Part shown: positions 32,754 through 44,056 of the stretch, one piece after another
Numbering within the stretch: position 1 is the stretch's first letter
How the letters are laid out: each line of letters opens with the position of its first letter
Origin: Eukaryota sp. TZLM1-RC
Taxonomy: Eukaryota > Protista > Metamonada: BaSk clade
Assembly: GCA_040285825.1 (NCBI GenBank)
Contig: JAUPSS010000005.1
Span: 1,674,001 to 1,738,000, forward strand
Reading direction: 5' to 3'
DNA length: 64,000 nucleotides
Translations under genes and position numbers: made by a program
Notes under the pieces: model-generated
Told to the model about the DNA's origin: nothing
Seen by the model: only the letters and a program-made list of their open reading frames with translations
Databases searched by the model: none

Positions 32754-33341
32754 TCAACAATCCCCCTTATTCAAGGAACTCCTAACTGCCCATCGAAGTC
32801 CATCTCTACGCTTGGTTGTGGGAACGGTAAACTCAGATGGTGCTCTTGGATGAGACTTGATTCTGTAGTTGGGGGCACTGGTGGCAAGGACCGGTATCTT
32901 TGGTCGTTTTGGACGCTGGGATTTCCTTCTTAGGAATGGATCCTCAGACCACTTCTTCGCCATGGCATGGTACCTGGAAACTGGGTCTCGTTTAGGAGGG
33001 GTGAGTGTGGATGGCTTCTTTGGGTATAGTACAGACGTAGAACGAGCGGAAGGGGATTTAATTGATCTCGCAGACTTTGGACGGTGGGATGAGGTGCTAG
33101 ATCTTTCCGGTGGCCCCAAGCCTCGCAAGCGACGGATAGGTGATTTCCAATTGCCTGACTGGGTGAGAGGGGATGTAGAGTCGGGTTTGGTATAGTGATG
33201 ATCATCATATAGATGTTGTGAGAATGGAATGTCCTCCTCAGAATAATAGTCGTCTGATAAAGTTGCAGACTCGTGTTCTGCGCCATACCGCAGTTCAAGA
33301 CACTCTAAGAGCGTTTCAACAATGTCTTTCTGATTGGACAT
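32754..33341 (-). CDS. HYLS1: Centriolar protein with HYLS1 C-terminal motifs
   Basis: KRDPVSRY...W and FTVPTTKRRDGLRWAVR motifs; ATG at 33341. Confidence 0.75.
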   Translation of the reverse strand: MSNQKDIVETLLECLELRYGAEHESATLSDDYYSEEDIPFSQHLYDDHHYTKPDSTSPLTQSGNWKSPIRRLRGLGPPERSSTSSHRPKSARSIKSPSARSTSVLYPKKPSTLTPPKRDPVSRYHAMAKKWSEDPFLRRKSQRPKRPKIPVLATSAPNYRIKSHPRAPSEFTVPTTKRRDGLRWAVRSSLNKGDC

Positions 33342-33819
33342 TTGGTGGGTCAGAACAAGCTGCAAAAAGACTGGCTATTTTATCAAGATATGTGTGTGCA
33401 GATATCTATAATGAAGAGACTGATTCAGGTATTATTCAAATTAGTATTCAAATTTGATCTTTTAAACTGGTAGTTCCACGCTGATATTCATGATCTGTCT
33501 AAACTTAAACAGCATGGCACTACACATAATACATGACATTGGGTCTCAAAGATCATTAGAATTTGAAGAAAAAAATGAAACCACTATCTAGTATCCTCAT
33601 TGTTTTTATAAAATGGCCGTTGAGTCAACAATAACCGATAGTCATAGAAGCAATTTATTTCTGCTTGGGCCATTTAGATTATTGTTGCTGGTTTCGCTTC
33701 ATCCTTGTGTGTATGCAAATTTTGCAGAATTGCTCGAAAGATAAACTTATTGTACACTTCGAGTAATTGACTAAATTGAATTTCAAATCGTAGAGAAATA
33801 TGTTTGCTGAAATTAAATC

Positions 33820-34030
33820 AGTAGTATCCAATTATTCTGAACTATACACATTGTGGGATTTTCGCTAAACAAAACATCCTTTTCATCAATCTTTTGCCAA
33901 TATCCTTCTTAGAACAACCGCATAAATCATACGAAAAAGTAATTGAAACATTATAAGAAACAATCATCACAATTAATGTATTACCAGTACCAGTTCTACC
34001 AAAAATACAACTACCCCAAGCTTTTAAATT
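33820..34030 (-). pseudogene. Possible decayed AAA+ ATPase fragment
   Basis: IFGRTGTGNTLI (eroded Walker A) followed by KDIGKRLMKRMFCLA, then stops. Confidence 0.35.
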
Positions 34031-34249
34031 ATAAGAATTTGAATATACAACGCATTAAGCCAGTAATTTGGTGAATTACGATCCTTTGTGTTGACAAAAT
34101 TAATAAGTTGACAAATGTAATAGACTTCGAGTCATCTCTAAAATGGTCGAGGCTGGAGTAGGTTCTCGATTATCAGTTATTATTTATTTGTTGGTGGTTG
34201 CTGGTGCACCAAATTAACAATTTTTGATACAAACAAGAAAGCCTCAATG

Positions 34250-34500
34250 ACAAAAAATGCTGATAGAGAAGGACGACTTGTCTTGATTGTTATGCCATTT
34301 TCTATAAATTGAAAGCTATCAATGACATGGAAATCTACGAAGGCTTTCTAATGTATTTCAAGCAAAACAACGATTTTTCTGATGTCACTCTAGAAAGTTG
34401 TACCATCAAAGTATGACCACTATTATGTTCTTGCAATAGCAAAGCTATGTTAAGTGAGCAAGCATATCAGTATGTGGTAGAAGAAATCTTGGCCCAATAA
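34250..34500 (+). mobile_element. Old, decayed 3' fragment of RLE family A-like element
   Basis: NADREGRLVLIVMPFSIN and ..VVEEILAQ resemble the family A C-terminus. Confidence 0.6.
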
Positions 34501-34689
34501 ATTGCGCCCTACCGGATGGGCTTCTATTTTGTTGAAAACAACAACAATTAGCTGGCAGGAAAAGTTCTTATGGTTGGATGAGTCTTCGTATCAACCTTCC
34601 ATAATTTTCTTCTGGTTTCTCCATTCGATGAAGTAAAAAACTAATTTTACTAAGTTAAGAAGTGAAATTTTTGAAACAATTGCTACAAC

Positions 34690-35070
34690 TGCTGGATTTT
34701 AAAGCAAAAGAAAAACATAGAAAATATGATAAAGAAATTGAAGATGCAAATGTCGATAGAAATACACAGCTGGTTTTTATTGCTTTCCCATTTTCGATAA
34801 ATGGAAGATTATCAGTTGAAGCAGAAACTTTTTTGGATGACTTCCAAAAAATGGTGAAAGAAAAAACAATGAAAAGATTTGATATTTTTTTATGGCGTTC
34901 ACGGATTCAATTTGCCATTATTAATAGATTACCGCGGTTTTTCAATCGAATTAGAGAAGCTTTAGCTAGACAGCAAGCAAATCAAGATTGTGTAGAGGAA
35001 ATCTTGGTTTAATGATAGTCGTCCCATTAGTTATGATTTAATTTAATCAAGTGTGCAAATTCAATAAATA
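34690..35070 (+). mobile_element. 3' fragment of RLE family A
   Basis: LDFKAKEKHRKY...EEILV*, shared 3' UTR and AATAAA. Confidence 0.92.
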
Positions 35071-35303
35071 CGTACATTACAACTGCTGTTCTTAGTTGAA
35101 TTTTATTAATTTTTCATATTTATGTGACCTTTGTTAACTTGACGAAGAATATCCTGAAATTATCTTAGACTTGATACCTGTCATTTAGGGACATGTTGTC
35201 TCGTGAAAATCGAATGGCAAAGTCCATTAGTCTTAATGATCAAGTTCCATAAACTTTTTTCACACAATCTCAATTTCAATCATTGTCTGTGATTAGCTTT
35301 CCG

Positions 35304-37298
35304 ATGGAGAATAAGATCAACAACAACCACTCAGAGTTGGTCTCACAGCTCCTTGCTTCTGTTGATTGCCCTATATGCAAGGATATTTTAAGATATCCCA
35401 TGAATTTAGATTGTGGGCACTGCTTCTGCTCCACCTGTTTGGATTATGTACGAAAACACTCCTCGGAGGAATCTTGTCCCCAATGCCGTGCAAGTGTTTC
35501 ACTCAAAAACGCAACCAAAGTATATGAATTAAATGAGGTCTGTCAGATTCTTCGTAAACACATAGGATTAGACCCCAGTAATGACAGTATCACCAGTCCC
35601 TACAAACCTCACACTGTTGTCAACCCAGAAAATTGGTTCAAACGCTCCGCAATTTCACATACTCTATCGTTAAAACTAGGCCAACCCTCCGAATTTGAGA
35701 TTGAGTCTTGCACACAGAAGTTTCTGGTAAGTCTAAAACTTCAATATGATAAACCAATGTGCACGATCACAGCCATGGACCAGACATTGAATAAGATGTT
35801 TGACTATAAACTTGTTTTCTTTGCTTATGGATCAAATAAGGAAGTTTCAGGTAGTTTCATTGACTCATTTGAACATGAGGTACCCATCCCAGATATCAGT
35901 AATATTGCAATCAACTCAGAAGTTAAGGCCAGCTTCTCTATTCACTCTTTTGATATGGAGGAAGGAATCTATCTCCTCTCCACATCCGACGAGGCTCAAC
36001 CCAACGCATTTCCCGGCAATAAAGCATCCATCTCAGTTGATGTTGAAATCTGTCCCCTCACTATTGGCGACGTCTACTATTCTCCTGTTTATACATATGA
36101 GGGGAGACGATGGCAAGTAGTGGCAGAAGTGGGGGAATCTTCATCTGAAAAAGACATGCTTTCTAGAGACAATGTTGTTTTGTCTATTCGATGCAATAAT
36201 GACCATTGTATTCCCACTATCTATGACACACACTTCACCTCTCCTATTGATTCAACAATGGTAGATTGGGGACATCTCTTTTCAGATGGAACATCAACTC
36301 TATCCAGTCGCAAACACATGTGTTCCATCAAAGAAGTTTATGAACTTGGGGGCAGTGAAGATTGCATAATGTTTCCATTCAATGTTAGCTTTTACACATT
36401 TGATTTATCCACAAAGTGCATTTCACAATCTTTCTCCAAGGTTCAACCTTTTCCATCTCCATGCTCTCCCACTTTTTCCATGGTATTTGACGAATCATGT
36501 AGACAATATTATGGGCATCGAGTTTATGGCGAAGTTTTTGATTTCTATGGTGAACGTCTTCAACTCTTTTGTCACTTGGGTAGAGATTTTCCTCTTGTTG
36601 GAGACTCCATTTATGATCATAGCTTGGAAGATTTCTGGTTTTCCACATTCATTAGAACCAACAACCCCAACGATAGAGGCCCTTTTGTCACTTATGAGAT
36701 GGCATTTTCGCTATCTCAAAGACCCAAGAACGACCCAGACAATGAAACCATCATTTTCGATAAATACACACCTTATGGATTCAGGTCTTCCTCTCCTAAT
36801 TGGGGATTTCCAAAGGCTATGAAGCTCAGTGATTTTGATGCTATGCTTCCTGACCATGAGTTAGTACTGAGGTGTTCCATCAACTCATTTGGCTCTTTCC
36901 CTGACCAAGAACCTCAAGCCATTGTTGGTCCAGATTACACCACTACCATTCACATTCCTGAATCCAAGTTTGGAAGGTATTTTTCCCCTCCTGTTCTTTT
37001 TGATGGTCACCCCGTTCAAGTATTAAGCAATGTGTCCATGGATGATGGTGACGTTAAGCTTGGTGTCTTTTTCAAGTATAATGGACCAACTTCTACCAGT
37101 GATTATAATTTGGACTTTAATTTGGTTAATCACAAAAATGCCGAAGATTCTGTAACTAAAAAGACCAGTTATAAGTTTCAATTAGGAAAGAGTTCTTGGG
37201 GATTTCCTTCATTGTATAAAGGAAATCTATTTGATTCTAATGTTGGGTTTGTTAAAAATGGTTTTATTTCAATTAGGGTGACCATTTCTTTGAGTTGA
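35304..37298 (+). CDS. RING finger plus tandem MATH/TRAF-like domain protein (putative E3 ligase), copy 1
   Basis: C3HC4 RING CPIC..CGHCFC..C..CPQC; MATH-type NWGFPK and SWGFPS motifs; ATG at 35304. Confidence 0.85.
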   Translation: MENKINNNHSELVSQLLASVDCPICKDILRYPMNLDCGHCFCSTCLDYVRKHSSEESCPQCRASVSLKNATKVYELNEVCQILRKHIGLDPSNDSITSPYKPHTVVNPENWFKRSAISHTLSLKLGQPSEFEIESCTQKFLVSLKLQYDKPMCTITAMDQTLNKMFDYKLVFFAYGSNKEVSGSFIDSFEHEVPIPDISNIAINSEVKASFSIHSFDMEEGIYLLSTSDEAQPNAFPGNKASISVDVEICPLTIGDVYYSPVYTYEGRRWQVVAEVGESSSEKDMLSRDNVVLSIRCNNDHCIPTIYDTHFTSPIDSTMVDWGHLFSDGTSTLSSRKHMCSIKEVYELGGSEDCIMFPFNVSFYTFDLSTKCISQSFSKVQPFPSPCSPTFSMVFDESCRQYYGHRVYGEVFDFYGERLQLFCHLGRDFPLVGDSIYDHSLEDFWFSTFIRTNNPNDRGPFVTYEMAFSLSQRPKNDPDNETIIFDKYTPYGFRSSSPNWGFPKAMKLSDFDAMLPDHELVLRCSINSFGSFPDQEPQAIVGPDYTTTIHIPESKFGRYFSPPVLFDGHPVQVLSNVSMDDGDVKLGVFFKYNGPTSTSDYNLDFNLVNHKNAEDSVTKKTSYKFQLGKSSWGFPSLYKGNLFDSNVGFVKNGFISIRVTISLS

Positions 37299-37441
37299 TT
37301 GTTATAAATTTTTTATCAGTTTATAATGCTTTAAAATTACTTTTTTGTTATATTAACACAATGTTGGTTGGTTAACACAATCACAATCTAAAGTGTAAAG
37401 TATTATTTCGACAAGAATGAAGAATCTTCATTTTGATATCG

Positions 37442-38280
37442 TGTTGGCACCTGTAAACTAAACTTGAATAGGGGCAAAATAGATAAACTTCATCTCATTT
37501 ACTTTATTCCAATTCTCCGACTTACGGCAACAATAATTATTGGTCCACATTAAGTCACAGGTATTTCTTATCCAACAGCATTAGCAAACAGCACTTCAGC
37601 AGTCAGCTTAAGTCAAACAAAGGTATCAGCATGTCAGACATCTCTCAGCGAGATTATCTTGACATCCCACATCTTTTCAATAACATGCAGCATAAAGATA
37701 GACAAGGATACGAGATGACGGACTCCCAGCTCCCACCTTTTCCTCCAACAAATTTTTTTTGGACGAAATCCTTTCTTCTGAAAAAAGTATCAAGGTCAGG
37801 GAAACATGAAAGGCCCCAGATCAACCCTCCCCTTTACACCAAAAAAGAGTTTAAGGGCTAACGAGAACGGACTGAACTCCCTTTCCTCTTCACAACATTT
37901 GATAATTCATTGATAAGTACAGGTACGGATGTAAATCCCACATCATTCGCGTCAACCCCTTTAGACAGGTATGATTAGTTACATGCTCTATTCAACAGCA
38001 TGGAAAGGGAAGAAGACGCTAATGCAGTTTTCTTCAGATTTCTAGAGCAGGATACGGAGGTTTACCTCGGGTCAACAGACTTCTGTCCATTCGAACAGTT
38101 CCCTTCTTTATGGAGCCAAAAATTAAAAATAAGTCGACCATATAAGAGGTAACGTTTAGAGACCCCATTTCCACCATCAATGTACTACAAAAGCAAGGAT
38201 ACGAATGTTGCTCCTTTAACATTATTTTGTAGGATAGCCAGTATTTCAACAACAGAAGACGCCACCTTCAGAGTTCTGAA
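37442..38280 (+). mobile_element. Truncated short-LTR element: 91-bp 5' LTR (37442-37532) plus decayed internal ORF from 37631; right boundary approximate
   Basis: TGTTG...CAACA termini; followed by ATAATTATTGG as in the 45369 element; homologous to the LTR at 40673-40777. Confidence 0.75.
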
Positions 38281-38759
38281 CTTTGTTTTTGCTTGCAGTT
38301 TTTTTAGTGTAAAATAGACACTGTTTAATTATAAGCGAATTCAATATTCGATTCCACCATTGTTTCAATAAATGACATTAAATCGTCTACGGAAAAGGGA
38401 AGAAACAAATGGTCTTTATGAAAAAAATTCAAAACCAATGAACAAAGTAATCTAACACACAGATTTTGGAACAAGGCCCTTCTAGTTAGTGTGAACTACT
38501 CTATTCTACATCAATGTGAAGGAATCATAGTACATAGTTTGTCGATTTTTGAAGTGTAAAACCAATGTTTGGGTGAATTTAAACCAGCACAAAAATATTA
38601 TCAGTCAATAAAAAACATTAGAATTAATTTAGTTTTTAGTATTCTGTATATTTACAGTTTTTCTAGTAAAAACTATTTATTCTTTTCATTTTGAAACGCA
38701 CACGAAACAATTAAACAAAAACCAAGAAGTCAATATATTCATTACACACATCAACATAT

Positions 38760-39090
38760 TCCAATTTTTTCACTACGCGAATTTCATACTCTATACCTAA
38801 TTGCAGCAGTGCTTTGGTTATCATTTCTCGAATTCTTGTAGTATAATATACACCATTGTGTTGTGCCAGAAATGAAAGTTCATCTCTTTCCCTGCTCTTT
38901 CCCTTATTGAACCAACTGAAACCTTTGAAAAATTTAATACTAAATATTCCAATGTTGCCAAGCAGAGAAGCAGCAAATGAAACCAGCTAATACTTTACAT
39001 GCTCAACATTTCCAAATTGAGATAAAGGGTCGTTGTACTTTTAGATTTTGCTCTTTTCAGCAAAGCAAAGTGAAATTTCATCTCTTTTGC
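38760..39090 (-). mobile_element. Decayed RLE family C-like 3' fragment
   Basis: KYNDPLSQFGNVEHVKY..ASLLGNIG matches the family C endonuclease region. Confidence 0.75.
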
Positions 39091-39239
39091 AGAGAAATTT
39101 TTAGGTACCTTCATGGAAAATTGTTCCAATGATTTTTGGGAATTGCTGATTTCTTCAAAAGTTAATTTTTCATCATTTGCAACAAAGTATCTACCAAACT
39201 TTTTGAGAACTGCTCCTAAATAACAGAAGAAGAAAAATG

Positions 39240-39487
39240 ATTATTTAGAAGCAGCATCACTGAACAATCGAAATAGCCATGGCCAACAATTGCAGTGATT
39301 TCTATTTACAATTATTTTTGTTTATTGTTTATATATTATTATGTTTATATTATTATTTATTGGTTTGTTTATTCATTGTTTTACCAGACCTATTCAGTAA
39401 CACTCTTTTGAAATTCTCAAAAAAGTGCAACCCTGAAGGTCCAATATTGCCAAAAAGAGAAATTGCAAACGGCACAAACTGATAGTA
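39240..39487 (-). mobile_element. RLE family C 3' fragment (rearranged)
   Basis: YQFVPFAISLFGNIGPSGLHFFENFKRVLLNRSGKTMN is near-identical to the 20070-20933 ORF. Confidence 0.85.
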
Positions 39488-39549
39488 AAAGATAGTGCTT
39501 CTTCGTGTCTTCTGTCGTCGTTTTCTCTTCTGTCGGATATTCAACTAAC

Positions 39550-40240
39550 AGCAATGCGAATTAGACTAGATCTAGCTCCTCCCCAATGCTTATCAAATAT
39601 GAAATGTAAATGTGAAGCCTATGCTTCCTTTGATCACATTGTTTCATGTTGTAAATCACTCAAAAATGATCAATTATCCACAATGCTCTCCGTGGTTACT
39701 TTTGTAATCTGTTGAAATGTACTGAACTGATCATGTCTGTTGAAAACTGTTTGATGAATTAAATTTCAGTTTGAGCCAAAAACAAAGTGACATTAAATGT
39801 GCATAAAATGATGAAACTAAGCCAATAGTTGACTGCACACTGTACCTCCATGGAAAATGAATTTCAATTCTGATATTCAACACTGATTCAAATTTGCAGA
39901 GCTTGTCAAGAAATCCAAATACGAAGCTCTTCAACGTGTCAATAGAGTCAAACGCAGAAACATCAAATTTGTCCCAATTGTGATCTCAATTTTGGGTACG
40001 ATTGGAAATTTTTGAATTGAAGTATTCGACTTTTCAGATGATTTAGGAAAACTTCTCCAAGAAAGAGGTTGTACATTTGATATTTTGATTTGGAAAAACA
40101 GAATTGTATTTTCGTTTTTGAAATCCCTTCCTCGTTATATTGACTCCATATTAAACAATATTACGGAGTTTAACAACAAGCGAATTGCTATTCAACTAAA
40201 TAATGAAGATCTCCGGTTATTCGGGGATTTTAGGAGGTGA
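39550..40240 (+). mobile_element. Decayed RLE retrotransposon 3' half, distinct family E
   Basis: AMRIRLDL..MKCKC..FDHIVSC..HNALR zinc region and IWKNRIVF C-terminal motif, with many stops. Confidence 0.75.
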
Positions 40241-40419
40241 AAGTATTAGTTACGGTGTTTTGGTTGAGTTTTAGAATGTTAGCGTTATAGAAAGAAATTT
40301 GTTAATTGACAGTGTTTTTCTAACGATAAAGCCAATAAAACCATTGGAGACATCAATTCGTTCACTAAATGGAATACCCTTATGGACGTGGTAAAGAAGG
40401 GTGTAGAAGGTATCCTTCA

Positions 40420-40580
40420 TGGTACTCTTTCTCAATTGTACCTTGGTGACAACAAAATTGGTCCTGAATGCGGCAGCGCACTAGTCCGTGCTCAGGAAAC
40501 AAATTCTACTTCTTTCAATATTGCATTTTGTGCTAAACTTCATTGAAAATTCAACCAAATTCACACTTGAATCTGGTATC
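40420..40580 (+). pseudogene. NLRC3/RNI-like LRR gene fragment
   Basis: TLSQLYLGDNKIGPECGSALVRAQETNST. Confidence 0.6.
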
Positions 40581-40672
40581 TAATCGCCTTTCTTTCAAAA
40601 TTTGTTGTATAAACAGAAATGAACAAATATTCTTAAAAAACAACTTCTTTCCCCATACTTTAAATCAACAAA

Positions 40673-40860
40673 TGTTGCCTTAAGTCGGAGAATCTGAATT
40701 AAGTAAATGACATGAAGTGAATAAGATAAATTTGATTTATTTTGCCCTTCTTCCATTTAAGCCTAAATGCGCCAACACTGCTTCTTCCCTTTTTCAAAAT
40801 TAATTAACTTTAAACAACTACACTAACAGCTAGAACAGAATTATGCTGCTTAGATTTTCG
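40673..40860 (-). mobile_element. 3' LTR (105 bp, 40673-40777) with polypurine tract and a stub of internal sequence
   Basis: On the minus strand GAAAAAGGGAAGAAGCAG directly precedes TGTTGGCG...GGCAACA; this PPT is nearly identical to 48057-48074. Confidence 0.85.
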
Positions 40861-40900
40861 CAAATCTAAAAATATGTGTAAAGTTGTGTTCATTGGTGGA

Positions 40901-41225
40901 GGCTAATGTCGATAGAAATACACAGCTGGTTTTTATTGCTTTCCCATTTTCGATAAATGAAGATTATCAGTTGAAGCAGAAACTTTTTTGAATGACTTCC
41001 AAAAAATGGTGCAAGAAAAAACAATGAAAAGATTTGGTATATTTTTATGGCGTTCACGGATTCAATTTGCCATTATTAATAGATTACCACGGTTTTTCAA
41101 TCGAATAAGAGAAGCTTTAGCTAGACAGCAAGCAGATCTAGATTTTGTAAAGGAAATCTTGGTTCTATGATAGTCGTCCCATTAGTATTGAGTTAATTTA
41201 ATTAAGTGTGCAAATTTAATAAATA
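40901..41225 (+). mobile_element. 3' fragment of RLE family A
   Basis: Near-identical to 34745-35068. Confidence 0.92.
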
Positions 41226-41231
41226 CAAAAA

Positions 41232-41840
41232 ATATTGGTGGAGGCAAAAATGTCATTTTTTAATTTTTGAAACGTTTTCCTGAAAACCAACATTGAACAG
41301 AACAATGTGTTAGTGATTATTTGGTGTCTTTGCAGAATGAAATTGAATGCCTCTCTCCTCACATCTTGTTCAAATGCTTTCCTGCCGATATATAAAAAAT
41401 TCCACCCAAAAGCTTGTTTCCTTAAGATTTGCGTACGCCAAATTGCATAATAAAATATTAAAAGTTTCTGATAATTTCCATTTTACTGTTCGTCTTAACT
41501 TGGATAAAAAAATCCCGTTTTTGTCAACTTTTTAATTGATCTTAAGAAAAGTAGCTCAAGTTGTCTCATTTTCTCAGATTCCAAATGTTTATGGTTTATT
41601 GTATAATGACCATCAATGGACAACTGCCTTCAGGATGAGGTGTTTTCTGTGGCCATGTAGTGTGCCAAATTTGATTTGTCGTTGTGGTCAGCTTATCAAT
41701 TTGAATCATCTTTTTAATTGGAAATTGAACTTTACATATCTTTCAGTTGTTCATGATGCTGTTAGAGACCAACTGCATGACATGTGCAAAAGTTACCATA
41801 TTGAAGCTTTTGTTGAACCACCCGTGCGTAGATTGTCTAG
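41232..41840 (+). mobile_element. Decayed internal fragment of a family C-related RLE element
   Basis: SQIPNVYGLLYNDHQWTTAFRMRCFLWPC...HDAVRDQL. Confidence 0.85.
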
Positions 41841-41999
41841 CCTAAAGGCGCCAACACGATATCAAAATGAAGATTCTTCATTCTTGTCGAAATAATACTT
41901 TACAGTTTAGATTGTGATTGTGTTAACTAACCAACATTGTGTTAATATAACAAAAAAGTAATTTTAAAGCATTATAAACTGATAAAAAATTTATAAAAA

Positions 42000-43994
42000 T
42001 CAACTCAAAGAAATGGTCACCCTAATTGAAATAAAACCATTTTTAACAAACCCAACATTAGAATCAAATAGATTTCCTATATACAATGAAGGAAATCCCC
42101 AAGAACTCTTTCCTAATTGAAACTTATAACTGGTCTTTTTAGTTACAGAATCTTCGGCATTTTTGTGATTAACCAAATTAAAGTCCAAATTATAATCACT
42201 GGTAGAAGTTGGTCCATTATACTTGAAAAAGACACCAAGCTTAACGTCACCATCATCCATGGACACATTGCTTAATACTTGAACGGGGTGACCATCAAAA
42301 AGAACAGGAGGGGAAAAATACCTTCCAAACTTGGATTCAGGAATGTGAATGGTAGTGGTGTAATCTGGACCAACAATGGCTTGAGGTTCTTGGTCAGGGA
42401 AAGAGCCAAATGAGTTGATGGAACACCTCAGTACTAACTCATGGTCAGGAAGCATAGCATCAAAATCACTGAGCTTCATAGCCTTTGGAAACCCCCAATT
42501 AGGAGAGGAAGACCTGAATCCATAAGGTGTGTATTTATCGAAAATGATGGTTTCTTTGTCTGGGTCGTTCTTGGGTCTTTGAGATAGAGAAAATGCCATC
42601 TCATAAGTGACAAAACGGCCTCTATCGTTGGGGTTGTTGGTTCTAATGAATGTGGAAAACCAGAAATCTTCCAAGCTATGATCATAAATGGAGTCTCCAA
42701 CAAGAGGAAAATCTCTACCCAAGTGACAAAAGAGTTGAAGACGTTCACCATAGAAATCAAAAACTTCGCCATAAACTCGATGCCCATAATATTGTCTACA
42801 TGATTCGTCAAATACCATGGAAAAAGTGGGAGAGCATGGAGATGGAAAAGGTTGAACCTTGGAGAAAGATTGTGAAATGCACTTTGTGGATAAATCAAAT
42901 GTGTAAAAGCTAACATTGAATGGAAACATTATGCAATCTTCACTGCCCCCAAGTTCATAAACTTCTTTGATGGAACACATGTGTTTGCGACTGGATAGAG
43001 TTGATGTTCCATCTGAAAAGAGATGTCCCCAATCTACCATTGTTGAATCAATAGGAGAGGTGAAGTGTGTGTCATAGATAGTGGGAATACAATGGTCATT
43101 ATTGCATCGAATAGACAAAACAACATTGTCTCTAGAAAGCATGTCTTTTTCAGATGAAGATTCCCCCACTTCTGCGAGTACTTGCCATCGTCTCCCCTCA
43201 TATGTATAAACAGGAGAATAGTAGACGTCGCCAATAGTGAGGGGACATATTTCAACATCAACGGAGATGGATGCTTTATTGCCGGGAAATGCGTTGGGTT
43301 GAGCCTCGTCGGATGTGGAGAGGAGATAGATTCCTTCCTCCATATCAAAAGAGTGAATAGAGAAGCTGGCCTTAACTTCTGAGTTGATTGCAATATTACT
43401 GATATCTGGGATGGGTACCTCATGTTCAAATGAGTCATTGAAACTACCTGAAACTTCCTTATTTGATCCATAAGCAAAAAAAACAAGTTTATAGTCAAAC
43501 ATCTTATTCAATGTCTGGTCCGTGGCTGTGATCGTGCACATTGGTTTATCATATTGAAGCTTTAGACTTACCAGAAACTTCTGTGTGCAAGACTCGATCT
43601 CAAATTCGGAGGGCTGGCCTAGTTTTAATGATAGAGTATGTGAAGTTGCGGAGCGTTTGAACCAATTTTCTGGGTTGACAACAGTGTGAGGTTTGTAAGG
43701 ACTGGTGATACTGTCATTACTGGGGTCTAATCCGATGTGTTTTCGAAGAATCTGACAGACCTCATTTAATTCATATACTTTGGTTGCGTTTTTGAGTGAA
43801 ACACTTGCACGGCATTGGGGACAAGATTCCTCCGAGGAGTGTTTTCGTACATAATCCAAACAGGTGGAGCAGAAGCAGTGCCCACAATCTAAATTCATGG
43901 GATATCTTAAAATGTCCTTGCATATAGGGCAATCAACAGAAGCAAGGAGCTGTGAGACCAACTCTGAGTGGTTGTTGTTGGTCTTATTCTCCAT
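42000..43994 (-). CDS. RING plus MATH/TRAF-like protein, copy 2 (inverted duplicate)
   Basis: 664 aa, 8 substitutions versus copy 1 by comparison of the track translations. Confidence 0.85.
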   Translation of the reverse strand: MENKTNNNHSELVSQLLASVDCPICKDILRYPMNLDCGHCFCSTCLDYVRKHSSEESCPQCRASVSLKNATKVYELNEVCQILRKHIGLDPSNDSITSPYKPHTVVNPENWFKRSATSHTLSLKLGQPSEFEIESCTQKFLVSLKLQYDKPMCTITATDQTLNKMFDYKLVFFAYGSNKEVSGSFNDSFEHEVPIPDISNIAINSEVKASFSIHSFDMEEGIYLLSTSDEAQPNAFPGNKASISVDVEICPLTIGDVYYSPVYTYEGRRWQVLAEVGESSSEKDMLSRDNVVLSIRCNNDHCIPTIYDTHFTSPIDSTMVDWGHLFSDGTSTLSSRKHMCSIKEVYELGGSEDCIMFPFNVSFYTFDLSTKCISQSFSKVQPFPSPCSPTFSMVFDESCRQYYGHRVYGEVFDFYGERLQLFCHLGRDFPLVGDSIYDHSLEDFWFSTFIRTNNPNDRGRFVTYEMAFSLSQRPKNDPDKETIIFDKYTPYGFRSSSPNWGFPKAMKLSDFDAMLPDHELVLRCSINSFGSFPDQEPQAIVGPDYTTTIHIPESKFGRYFSPPVLFDGHPVQVLSNVSMDDGDVKLGVFFKYNGPTSTSDYNLDFNLVNHKNAEDSVTKKTSYKFQLGKSSWGFPSLYIGNLFDSNVGFVKNGFISIRVTISLS

Positions 43995-44056
43995 CGGAAA
44001 GCTAATCACAGTGATTGATAATATATTTTCAATGCACCGTTTACCTTAATCAATTA

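Noticed and set aside
40673-41856. One minus-strand LTR element spanning the 41856 stub to the 40673 LTR
   Set aside because: The flanks ATCG and TTTG do not form a TSD.
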